From: Candidatus Saccharimonadota bacterium
GTDB lineage: Bacteria; Patescibacteriota; Saccharimonadia; Saccharimonadales; JACDBH01
DNA: 64,000 bases
Assembly (NCBI GenBank): GCA_028289135.1
Contig: JAQGGW010000001.1
Coordinates: 12,018-76,017, forward strand
Direction of reading: 5' to 3'
Shown: in pieces, positions 19,024 through 27,343 of the stretch
Numbering within the stretch: position 1 is the first letter of the stretch
Layout of the letters: each line of letters starts with the position of its first letter
Translations under genes and position numbers: made by a program
The notes under the pieces: generated by a model
Database searches by the model: none
Told to the model about the DNA's origin: nothing
Seen by the model: only the letters and a program-made list of their open reading frames with translations

Positions 19024-19800
19024 TTAAGCAGCTGGGGCTAAGTTATGAAGCGAGCTCGCCCACTCAATGGGGTCTGGCTTGATTGAAACAAAAGGCCTAA
19101 CCTTGTCATTCGCGCTCATAATAACCATGTCCACTTCACGCAAATGCCGTCCGCCAGCCGCATCTTGATGAACTATCAAGTTATCGTGGTACTCCATAAG
19201 ATCAAAATAAAGCGGATCCTCTTTGTCACTTGCTAACTTCTCGGCCAATTCTTTGAATTCCCCAATTTGGTCTGCCATGTCACCGGCTCTATGGGCGTTA
19301 CCAACAATTTTTATATAAGGCTGACGCATAATTATTAAAGATGGTTCGGTCCTGCCTCTTAATCCACCCAGTTCGTATTCGGTATCAACAACAAACTCGC
19401 CCATTACGCCCTTGGCCTTGTCATATCTGCGTGTCAGCTCGTCTCTCCAGTAGCGAGGATCACCATTTACCTTTGTGGCATATTTGGTAACTTCAGTGGG
19501 GCTTCCACCTCTACCGTCCCTTGCTACAATAGCCTCCAGACCGGCACCAATAATACATCTATTGGCAATCTTACTCGCAGCGCCAAGCGCATGTTCGTAG
19601 CTTGCAGTCGCAGCAGGTCTCACCGCACCAACGCCCACGAGCTTAAGCCACTCAAGTTTATTTTGCCATGACGGCGTATCTTCTCTTCCGATAGCTTGTC
19701 TTTTTAGTGTAAGCAAACGCTCAGGCGAGACCTGTCTGGCTCCAGCTATTGGCCTAATTGCCCTGTGGGCAATAACTATGCCTCTGTCGATTTCAATCAT
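19024..19800 (-). CDS. hypothetical protein, possible kinase-like fold
   Basis: GAGLEA.V...VTK...YFDL....NLIV...EVD ordering. Confidence 0.5.
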   Translation of the reverse strand: MIEIDRGIVIAHRAIRPIAGARQVSPERLLTLKRQAIGREDTPSWQNKLEWLKLVGVGAVRPAATASYEHALGAASKIANRCIIGAGLEAIVARDGRGGSPTEVTKYATKVNGDPRYWRDELTRRYDKAKGVMGEFVVDTEYELGGLRGRTEPSLIIMRQPYIKIVGNAHRAGDMADQIGEFKELAEKLASDKEDPLYFDLMEYHDNLIVHQDAAGGRHLREVDMVIMSANDKVRPFVSIKPDPIEWASSLHNLAPAA

Positions 19801-19824
19801 TAGGCAAACTATACCATGTTTTAC

Positions 19825-20517
19825 TTAAAACGGAATAACATACTGCCGGGCCATGTTGCGCACAATTGGGGTAACGTCGGCCAGATATTCTTTCAGACCT
19901 TCCACTTGGCGCAGCATTGCTGGCGGATTATGGCTCAAAAGCCGCAGTAGCTTTATGTGGTTTTGGGTAAAGGGTCCGGTGGGGCTTTCAAAAAATCCCA
20001 TATCGTCGAGGCTGAATTGAAAGTGCCCATTTGGGGTCATTTCTGCGCCCTTTATATCATGGGTAAAGTTGGGTAAATGGCCGAGCAGTCGCATAAGCTG
20101 CAATAAATAAGATGCCTCTGCCAGGTCTTTGGGCATACTCAGGTCGTCCAGCGCCATCAAGCTTTGCACAAGCAAATCATAAAACTCTGGCCCGCCTTCG
20201 TCCTCCAAAACCCTGCTTAAAATCTTTAGCATGTCGTAGCCCAGCATTGTCCGGTCAATGTCTTTTACGATGTCGCCAAAATGCTTGTCCAATCTGGTGG
20301 AAACCAACGTTTTAAGCTCGCTTTTGCCTTCAATGTAGGTAATATCACTAATGCTAAACAGCTCGATTCCGCCGGCCAGCTTGCTCTTGGCTTTGCGCAC
20401 ACCCTTGGCCATGGCGCGCACTTTGCCTTGGTCGGGCGTTAAAAAAGTAATGATCCTATCGGCCTCGCCGTAGTCGGTCCTGGACAAAATTATCGCTTTA
20501 ACCGAGACTTGTTTCAT
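19825..20517 (-). CDS. recO: DNA repair protein RecO
   Basis: AIILSRTDYGEADRI, GKVRAMAKGVRK.KSKL. Confidence 0.93.
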   Translation of the reverse strand: MKQVSVKAIILSRTDYGEADRIITFLTPDQGKVRAMAKGVRKAKSKLAGGIELFSISDITYIEGKSELKTLVSTRLDKHFGDIVKDIDRTMLGYDMLKILSRVLEDEGGPEFYDLLVQSLMALDDLSMPKDLAEASYLLQLMRLLGHLPNFTHDIKGAEMTPNGHFQFSLDDMGFFESPTGPFTQNHIKLLRLLSHNPPAMLRQVEGLKEYLADVTPIVRNMARQYVIPF

Positions 20518-20906
20518 GCGGCTTTTTTAAGTTCTGGCTTTAAGCTTTTGCGCACCAAACGGGCAATTTGCGAAAGCGAAGCTTTCGGCTTGTATAAATA
20601 AGCACCAACGCCAAGCTCTGCCAACGTCGCGTCCGAAACGCCGGAGCTTGCCTGGGTTACACTGCTCAAAATAATAACCGGCAGTTTTAGCCAGTCTACA
20701 TAAGACCTAAATTCATACAAAAACTCCACGCCGCTGTGCCCCGCCAGCAAAAGCTCCAAAATCACGATGTCCGGCTTTAGCTCGTCCGCCGCGGCCACAC
20801 CGTCTTGGGCATTTTCGCACCAGGTTACTTCAAAGCCTTCCCGCTCTAAAAAGCGGCTATATTGCTCCGCCAAGATACGGTTTGGTTCAAGCAGCAAAAT
20901 TTTCAT
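20514..20906 (-). CDS. atypical response-regulator receiver (phospho-Asp replaced by Glu)
   Basis: KILLLEPN, PDIVILELLL, SG, YLYKP. Confidence 0.85.
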   Translation of the reverse strand: MKILLLEPNRILAEQYSRFLEREGFEVTWCENAQDGVAAADELKPDIVILELLLAGHSGVEFLYEFRSYVDWLKLPVIILSSVTQASSGVSDATLAELGVGAYLYKPKASLSQIARLVRKSLKPELKKAA

Positions 20907-21616
20907 ACAAGATTTAGCTGCAAACTAGGTTGCAAATGCGCTGCAAGTCCGAAAAGGTTTTCGAACCGCGCCACCCGCACCGAAGTATCAAAAAAATCAA
21001 ATAAAGCATCGGCTACAAATACACCCGCGCCGCTTCCGGCGCTAAAGTCCCCAAGCGGCTGGCGCGCAACGCCTTTTAATACCCTAGCCTGCTTTAGAAG
21101 CCCGCTATTCAGCTTACTAACATCACTATAAATACCCGTGCTCATGCCGTGCTTAGTACGGCGTACGGCCAAAGTAATCTTCGTCTTGGTGTCAGGCTTG
21201 CTGGCCGCGTCTATAAAACTGTACCCCAAAGATTCAAGCGCCGACTGCACTACATCCCGCCGTGCCATCACAGGGCCAAACTTGCCCATTAGCCGCAGTT
21301 CGATCTCGCAGTCATGCGCCTTGGCATAAGATTCCAAAGATTCTGCCGTGTCATACAAAACTGAGCTAAGAGATACTGGCTCCAAATCCAGGCGCGACTC
21401 TGTCTGGAGCCGCACGCTCAGCAAATAACTATCAATCAGCTTTAAAGCCGAAGAGCTGGTGAGCGCGATAGTCTGCAGCAAGCGCTCCAATTCATCCTTG
21501 TTGGGGTGGGCACGCAAAAGTTCTGCTGCGTGTTTAACGGTTATAAATGGCAGCTTTACCTGCTCGGCTAACGTCGTAAATAATAGCCCCTGAGACTGCG
21601 CGGAATTATCGCTCAT
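20903..21616 (-). CDS. degenerate histidine-kinase-like protein (no phospho-His)
   Basis: LAEQVKLPF in place of the H-box, LEPVSL, GSGAGVFVA G2-like box. Confidence 0.7.
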   Translation of the reverse strand: MSDNSAQSQGLLFTTLAEQVKLPFITVKHAAELLRAHPNKDELERLLQTIALTSSSALKLIDSYLLSVRLQTESRLDLEPVSLSSVLYDTAESLESYAKAHDCEIELRLMGKFGPVMARRDVVQSALESLGYSFIDAASKPDTKTKITLAVRRTKHGMSTGIYSDVSKLNSGLLKQARVLKGVARQPLGDFSAGSGAGVFVADALFDFFDTSVRVARFENLFGLAAHLQPSLQLNLV

Positions 21617-21680
21617 AAATGTTTACCCTCACTCTGAATAAGCAAAGTCTATTATATCACGCTTAGCATACCCAAATAGA

Positions 21681-22340
21681 CTACGGCGAAAAGGTTATGC
21701 TTGGGAGCACTGTATTCAGGAAGTCGCTGGTATAATTGCTGCCTTCGGTCCAGATAATAATCGTCTTGTCGCGGATTGGCAGAAGCACCAAAGTACCAGG
21801 AGTCGTGCCGTGGATCTGGCCAGTAATTATTGAACCTAGCACACTTGGGACCTTTGGAGCGCGGTAAGCCGTTACAGTTGAAGTGCCAGCCTTTGCTACC
21901 GCGTCATATGCCTTTAACAGCGTCGGATAGGCGGTACCTGAGATCTGCACCCGCAGCGCAAACTGGGCAGTCGAAGAAAGATCAGGAATAAAATCCGGGT
22001 TATAGTAATTATTTACAATCAGGTTAAGGTTGCTTGTGCCAATATATGAGTTCCAGGTTTTTGGAAAGCTATAGGTCAAAGACCCGTAGGTATCTGGGCC
22101 CGTAAAGCTTTTTGTAGGGAACTTTTCAGTTTCCCTAAAAGCCGCATCCTTTTTGATATCCTCAGCAGCCACGGCTTTCTTGGCAGCAACTTCGGCTTTC
22201 GCGTCGCTGTTGTTCTTATAATCCTGGCGGCTCATAAAAGCCCAGGTTCCAAAACCTGCCGCAACCAAAAAGAACAAAGATAAGATGACCAGCGGCAGCA
22301 GCAAAGACCCTGTTTGATTAAGCTTACGCATATTAGTCAT
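21681..22340 (-). CDS. membrane-anchored exported protein with pilin-like N-terminus
   Basis: RKLNQTG|SLLLPLVIL followed by hydrophobic helix; lacks Glu+5. Confidence 0.65.
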   Translation of the reverse strand: MTNMRKLNQTGSLLLPLVILSLFFLVAAGFGTWAFMSRQDYKNNSDAKAEVAAKKAVAAEDIKKDAAFRETEKFPTKSFTGPDTYGSLTYSFPKTWNSYIGTSNLNLIVNNYYNPDFIPDLSSTAQFALRVQISGTAYPTLLKAYDAVAKAGTSTVTAYRAPKVPSVLGSIITGQIHGTTPGTLVLLPIRDKTIIIWTEGSNYTSDFLNTVLPSITFSP

Positions 22341-22394
22341 ATAGTAGCATAAGCCCCTTGCTCCAGTGAAGCCCTTCCAATCGTATCACTGCTA

Positions 22395-22532
22395 AGTCTT
22401 TGCTCCCGTCGTCCCACTCCTTGGAAGTTTAGGCACATTGATTTAGACCGCTCAGAGACAGTTTTACGCTATTAAATCAACGTGCCTAAACTTCCCGTAA
22501 CATTAACCATGTAGCTGAAAGTCTCGTGAAGC
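22395..22532. repeat. Palindromic intergenic element, family B, copy 2
   Basis: Perfect 14-bp arms GGAAGTTTAGGCAC/GTGCCTAAACTTCC; homologous to 310-446. Confidence 0.85.
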
Positions 22533-22550
22533 CCCCGGATGGGGCTTCAC
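22526..22550. repeat. short REP-like palindrome
   Basis: GTGAAGCCCC-cggat-GGGGCTTCAC perfect 10-bp stem, followed by CTTT. Confidence 0.6.
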
Positions 22551-22554
22551 CTTT

Positions 22555-22803
22555 GGTTTGGAGTTCTTTGTGAGAAATAGGTAGCGAATAAGTGACTAGC
22601 GGCCGGAGCCAAAGACCTTAGGGGATGGCAGGCATCGCCCGCAGCCACGGCTAAGACTCGCCAAAGCTACAACAAAATCCAGCCGAGGACTGTTTGACGG
22701 AGCGTTTAGCTCCTAGTTCCGCAGGCTTGTTGTAGGCTTTGGCTGGAGGCTTACCGAGATGTGGGTGGCCTGACGGCGGCTAAGGTCTTTAGCTGAGAAA
22801 GGA
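22555..22803 (+). repeat. Long structured element, family A, copy 1 (candidate ncRNA/miniature element)
   Basis: 188-nt interrupted rod 22607-22794; core 22670-22732 matches the reverse complement of 40326-40388 at 55/63 nt. Confidence 0.85.
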
Positions 22804-22806
22804 CGG

Positions 22807-23304
22807 CTACTTTCCTAACGGGTATTTATAAAGCATCAAACCGCCCTTTTTGGCAGCGGGTTTGCGGCCGGGGATTTTAAAGGCGTAGCTCACTAGCTTA
22901 ACTGGGTTAGATAAATCTTTCGTAATTTTTTTATCGAGTCTCGGCATAAATTTGTCTAACAAAAACACATAAATCCCGTCACACTCAGGCAAAGTTACCT
23001 GCCAATAATTGCGGCATTTAAATGTTACCAGCTTGCGGTAGCGCCAGCAGCTAATCTGGCTGTACCAGACCAAAAGCGGGTTCAGCTCGTAACCAATCCC
23101 GCTTATTCCCTGCTTGGCAGCACGCTTTAAAACCCGTCCGTCGCCGCTGCCCAGCTCCAGCAAAATCTGCCCCGGTTTTAGATCCAACAGGTCCAGTGCG
23201 TTTTGTGCCTGCGGCTTAAGTGTTGGCAAATAAGGTGCCCCAAACAAGATAACAAATGAAAAGACGAGGATTAAAAAAACGGCGAAAAGTATAGCAATAT
23301 TCAT
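22807..23304 (-). CDS. membrane-anchored class I SAM-dependent methyltransferase
   Basis: N-terminal TM, GAPYLPT, LELGSGDGR, GYELNP. Confidence 0.88.
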   Translation of the reverse strand: MNIAILFAVFLILVFSFVILFGAPYLPTLKPQAQNALDLLDLKPGQILLELGSGDGRVLKRAAKQGISGIGYELNPLLVWYSQISCWRYRKLVTFKCRNYWQVTLPECDGIYVFLLDKFMPRLDKKITKDLSNPVKLVSYAFKIPGRKPAAKKGGLMLYKYPLGK

Positions 23305-23356
23305 AAGGTAATTAAGTACTTACAGTATATAGGTAAACCATAAAGATAAAAAAGTG

Positions 23357-23394
23357 TTGACCTAGTATACCTTCGGTAGTATACTGTCGGTATA
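23357..23394 (+). promoter_or_regulatory. sigma70 promoter with tandem operator (probable PadR site)
   Basis: TTGACC-N17-TATACT overlapped by direct repeats TAGTATAC(c/t)(t/g)TCGGTA. Confidence 0.6.
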
Positions 23395-23420
23395 TTAATA
23401 CTTTTTAAGGAGTAAATGTC

Positions 23421-24329
23421 GTGGAAGAAACTAAAAAATTAAGTCGTTTTCGCAAATCAAAACTGCTTGCAAAAGGTGCGTGGCGCTCACTGATGCTCGA
23501 CAAAGAGCTGCTTACCCTGCCCTTGATTGGTTTTGGCGCTTCAATGCTAGCCATTATTCCAGCTGTTCTGCTATTTGTATTTAACCCGAGCCATCTTTTG
23601 TTTAGCCCACTCCAAGGCAATGGCTGGCAGCTTAACCCTGTTGGTTATGTAGTCGCAATTGTGGCACTCCTGTCACAGGCTATCATTTCAGCAGTAGTTG
23701 CGGGCGCCGTAACCCACGGAGCCATGGAACGCTTCAAAGGCAACGATCCAACCGTTAAAAGCAGCATCCAAGCGGCATTTAAGCGCATTGGCTCACTAAC
23801 AGTCTTTACCATCTTTAGCTTTACGATTGGTTTTCTTATTTCCGAAATCGCCAACCGGATTCCATTCTTAGGCGGCAAAATTGTTCTGTGGCTGGCTGGC
23901 AGCGCCTGGAACATTGCTTCGTTCTTTGCAATCCCGGTCATAGTCACCAGCGATACCGCGCTTGGTCCAATCCGTGCTACCAAAAAGAGTACAGCCGTAA
24001 TCAAGCAAGCCTGGGGCGAGAGCCTTGTGCTGGGCGTAGGTATTGGCCTGATTGCAGTATTTAGCTTCCTTGGCTACATCATGGTCGCTGGCCTTTTGGT
24101 TGGTCTAAGTGCCGGTATTACCGGTTCAGGAATCGTCGCGGGCATTGTCGGCGGCATCGCATTCTTAGGTTTAATGGCTGGCGTCGTCTTAGTGTCCGTG
24201 CTGCAAACATACGTCAAAGCATCGGTGTACTACTACGCCACAACCGGCATTTCTCCGATCGCCTTCGACAGCCAGTTGCTGCGCCAAGCTTTCACCGCCA
24301 AAAAGGCCCGCAAACTGTTTGCACGCTAA
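23421..24329 (+). CDS. DUF6159-like membrane protein
   Basis: Multi-TM; DKELL..P, KQAWGE; SD AAGGAG. Confidence 0.7.
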   Translation: MEETKKLSRFRKSKLLAKGAWRSLMLDKELLTLPLIGFGASMLAIIPAVLLFVFNPSHLLFSPLQGNGWQLNPVGYVVAIVALLSQAIISAVVAGAVTHGAMERFKGNDPTVKSSIQAAFKRIGSLTVFTIFSFTIGFLISEIANRIPFLGGKIVLWLAGSAWNIASFFAIPVIVTSDTALGPIRATKKSTAVIKQAWGESLVLGVGIGLIAVFSFLGYIMVAGLLVGLSAGITGSGIVAGIVGGIAFLGLMAGVVLVSVLQTYVKASVYYYATTGISPIAFDSQLLRQAFTAKKARKLFAR

Positions 24330-24335
24330 AGAGGT

Positions 24336-24707
24336 TTGATAATGCTAGATAGCTACGAACAAAAATTACTCGACGGTTGGGAAGATGTCTACAAAAAAGG
24401 CCAGCTCAAGCTTTGGATCTTGCTTGCTCTTAAAGATGGCCCAAAATATATGCCGGCAATCAAAGAATTTATTGCAGAGAGCACCAACGGCATCCTGGAA
24501 GCAGATGACAAAAGCATGTACCGTGCCTTACGCCAATACGATCACGCTGAAATTGTCACTTTCCAGCTTGACGCCAACGACCAAGGCCCCGACCGCAAAC
24601 GCTACGCCCTGACTGAAACCGGCCGCAAGGTTTTAGACGCATTCATCGAACGAAACATCACCGGCATATTTTTTACAGAGCAAACCAAAAAGCTTCTTGG
24701 CTGTTAA
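24336..24707 (+). CDS. PadR family transcriptional regulator
   Basis: KGQLKLWILLAL, SMYRALR, GPDRKRYALTETG. Confidence 0.9.
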   Translation: MIMLDSYEQKLLDGWEDVYKKGQLKLWILLALKDGPKYMPAIKEFIAESTNGILEADDKSMYRALRQYDHAEIVTFQLDANDQGPDRKRYALTETGRKVLDAFIERNITGIFFTEQTKKLLGC

Positions 24708-24712
24708 AAGCT

Positions 24713-24910
24713 TTAGTCAAACTTGGCCTTTAGTTTTGTAATCTTGTTTTCGGCTTCGTTAAGCGTGGCTTCAAGCAGCTTTACCAGCTCCATACCGCGC
24801 TCGTAGGCCTTTAGCGCATCGTCCACGCTAATGTCGTCTTGCTGCAAGCTGTCCAGCAGTTCATCAAGCTCAAGTTTTAGTTCGGCGTAGTTGGGTTTTT
24901 TATCCGGCAT
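24713..24910 (-). CDS. xseB: exodeoxyribonuclease VII small subunit
   Basis: L...L..DDISVDDALKAYERG; follows xseA. Confidence 0.9.
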   Translation of the reverse strand: MPDKKPNYAELKLELDELLDSLQQDDISVDDALKAYERGMELVKLLEATLNEAENKITKLKAKFD

Positions 24911-24914
24911 AGTT

Positions 24915-26021
24915 TTATTGTACCTCGGCTTTAATATTTCCGTCAGATAGTAAAATGTCTAAACTTTGTCCCGGCTTAAGCTGTGACGACTTCCGGATGA
25001 CTGTTTTGCCCTGCCGTACCACCGCGTAACCGCGTTTTAATATGTTCCTGGGGTTCAGCAGTTCTAAGAGTTTTGAGGCATGCTCTAAAGCCTCGTGTTT
25101 ATGGTTAATAAGCTGGATAACAGATTGTTTTAAAATGTCCGACTGCACTGCCAAGTCTTTTTTGCCGGCCTGGACAGAAGCACTAAGCAGCCGGCCCATT
25201 TCACCGCGCGCGGCAGATAACTCGCGCAAAAGCTGGCTACGATCAGGCACCAAAAGTTCGGCCGCATTGCTTGGTGTGCTAGCCCGCAAATCTGCCGCCA
25301 GTTCCGCCAAAGAAGTATCAATTTCGTGCCCAATCGCCACCAAGGTTGGAATCCGGCTGGCCGCTACTGCCCGGGTTACTGCTTCTGTATTAAAAACCTG
25401 CAGATCGTCAGCACTGCCGCCGCCACGGATCAGCACCAGAACCTCTGGCGGCTCGCCCAGCGCGTTAAAATGCTCAATTGCCCGGACTATCTGCCCCACG
25501 GCCGGCTCGCCCTGCACCTGCACGTCCGCGTGCTCAATGTGGAGGCCTCGGAACCGCGCGTTGATAATCTTTACAAAGTCGGCATAAGCCGCCGATTCAC
25601 CGGACGTAATCAGTCCAATCCGCTGCGGCGGATATGGCAGTGCTCGTTTGCGCTCCGCGTTAAAAAGACCTTCCAGCGTAAGTTTTTGCAGCAGCAGCTC
25701 AAAAGCTTTTTTAATCGTCCCCTCACCCGCCAAAGAAATCGCTTGCACCGTCACCGAAAATCCATACAGGTTATGCAACCGCGGCGTCCCGGTGACCCGC
25801 AGTGTCATCCCCTCCTCGAGCGGCCCCGGCAAATTATAAACAGTGCCAAAAAACTTAACGCTGGAATTTTCGTCTTTTAGATCAAAATAGACCCAGCGGT
25901 TTTTGCTTATTCTAAAATTAGCCAGCTCGCCTTCGATAATCACATTTGGAAACGCGTATTCAAGCGTCTGGTTTAACAGCCCGACAAAATCAGACGGTGT
26001 AAGCGCATCAGAAAAAGGCAT
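24915..26021 (-). CDS. xseA: exodeoxyribonuclease VII large subunit
   Basis: YFDLKD, RGGGSADDL, AIGHEID, TPSNAAE, LKRGY. Confidence 0.95.
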   Translation of the reverse strand: MPFSDALTPSDFVGLLNQTLEYAFPNVIIEGELANFRISKNRWVYFDLKDENSSVKFFGTVYNLPGPLEEGMTLRVTGTPRLHNLYGFSVTVQAISLAGEGTIKKAFELLLQKLTLEGLFNAERKRALPYPPQRIGLITSGESAAYADFVKIINARFRGLHIEHADVQVQGEPAVGQIVRAIEHFNALGEPPEVLVLIRGGGSADDLQVFNTEAVTRAVAASRIPTLVAIGHEIDTSLAELAADLRASTPSNAAELLVPDRSQLLRELSAARGEMGRLLSASVQAGKKDLAVQSDILKQSVIQLINHKHEALEHASKLLELLNPRNILKRGYAVVRQGKTVIRKSSQLKPGQSLDILLSDGNIKAEVQ

Positions 26022-26030
26022 TTTTACCGC

Positions 26031-26137
26031 CTATCCTCGCCCTTAAAGGCTAAAATTCCTGAAAAATATATAAGCTTATATCTAGATAGGCTTAGTATAT
26101 TTTTCAGGAATTTTATCTCTTTAATCATCGTGGATAT
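26031..26137. repeat. AT-rich intergenic palindrome (family D)
   Basis: Perfect 20-bp arms 26051-26070 / 26096-26115 plus imperfect outer arms. Confidence 0.8.
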
Positions 26138-26156
26138 TCTGCAAAGATGCCATTTT

Positions 26157-27269
26157 CTAATGCGCTGCAGGAGGGGTTCCATGGTGGTGCTCCTTATGTT
26201 CAATTCTTTGTTCCGAAACTTCAACCGCCCGCGGTACTGGGTTGCTAGAATTTTTTACGGCGCGGTGGTACAAATAATAACCAAGCGGCAAAGCATAGAG
26301 CATGTTAAGAACGCGGTATACAACCGTGGCCGAAAGCGCCAAAGCCTTGTCTACGCCGGCACTTGTCAACGTGGCCGTCATAAGTCCTTCATAAATACCA
26401 ACTCCTCCCGGCAAAATTGCTACCAGCCCCGCAAAGTTTGCCACAGCATAAGCAATAATCAGCGCGCCCGGGTTAACAAACGATCCAAATGCCAGATACA
26501 CAGCATAAATAGTCAAAACGTCTGTTACATTAACCAGCAGCGCCCACAAAAGCGGCTTTTTAAGATTACGCCAGTCCTGGCTCAGCACCATGTAGTCGCG
26601 GTGCAGGTCTTCCATTGTGCTCTCGACCTTAGCAATATTAATCGTGTCGCGGTTGCCGCGGCGGAAAATTCCTATAATTTTGTTAAGAGCCTTTGGCAGC
26701 CAGCCGGTAAATGCCTTGATCCGGTCTTCATCGCTAATAATATAGGTGCCAACAACCGTACCAAATAGCGTCATAAAAGCGATTGTTGAGCTCACCAAAA
26801 TCGTCAGCGGGCTTGTGTGCCTACGCAGCGCCAAAATAAGCATGCCTAAGAACAAAAGCGCTAAGAATGAGATAAAAGTAAGTGCAAAACGAACAATTTG
26901 AGCCAGAGTACTTTTGGCGGTGCTAATCCCCGACTGCTTTAGCCGCAAACTAAGGTAGCTAAAGCCGCTGACGCCCCCGCTCGGGAAAACGTGGTTTACA
27001 AAGTTTAGTTCCATCGTAATCGACAGCATAGTGCTAATCTTGAGGTCTTCGCCCTGGCTCTTAAAATAGTCTTTGTACAGCCGCGCTACGCTGTAGTAAT
27101 TAAGTGTCTGTAGCGGGATCATCAACAGCAGTGCCGAAGCGTTCAACTGCCCCAATTTCTTAAATGCCGCCACAATTGCTGAGCGCGAAATGATCACCAG
27201 CAGCAAAAGCGCCGCAATCGTAAACACGTTTATCCAAAACTTAATATCTTTTTTGATCGGTTTAGCCAT
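26157..27269 (-). CDS. lysylphosphatidylglycerol synthase TM-domain (YbhN/UPF0104) flippase-like protein
   Basis: NHVFPSGG, LPGGVGIYEG, YR; multi-TM. Confidence 0.85.
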   Translation of the reverse strand: MAKPIKKDIKFWINVFTIAALLLLVIISRSAIVAAFKKLGQLNASALLLMIPLQTLNYYSVARLYKDYFKSQGEDLKISTMLSITMELNFVNHVFPSGGVSGFSYLSLRLKQSGISTAKSTLAQIVRFALTFISFLALLFLGMLILALRRHTSPLTILVSSTIAFMTLFGTVVGTYIISDEDRIKAFTGWLPKALNKIIGIFRRGNRDTINIAKVESTMEDLHRDYMVLSQDWRNLKKPLLWALLVNVTDVLTIYAVYLAFGSFVNPGALIIAYAVANFAGLVAILPGGVGIYEGLMTATLTSAGVDKALALSATVVYRVLNMLYALPLGYYLYHRAVKNSSNPVPRAVEVSEQRIEHKEHHHGTPPAAH

Positions 27270-27343
27270 ATATTAAGCTTAAGTATACCCTAAAACGCAC
27301 CCGAAAAAAGCTTCGTCCAAAGAGCATGTATACTATAAACATT

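Noticed and set aside
22621..22800. tmRNA (GGGGATG start) or RNase P RNA
   Set aside because: No tRNA-like 3' end or T-loop, no GAGGAAAGTCC, and a diverged second copy exists.
25042..26768. Long plus-strand ORFs (181, 184, 212 aa)
   Set aside because: Antisense shadows of xseA and the ybhN-like gene; no motifs or initiation signals.
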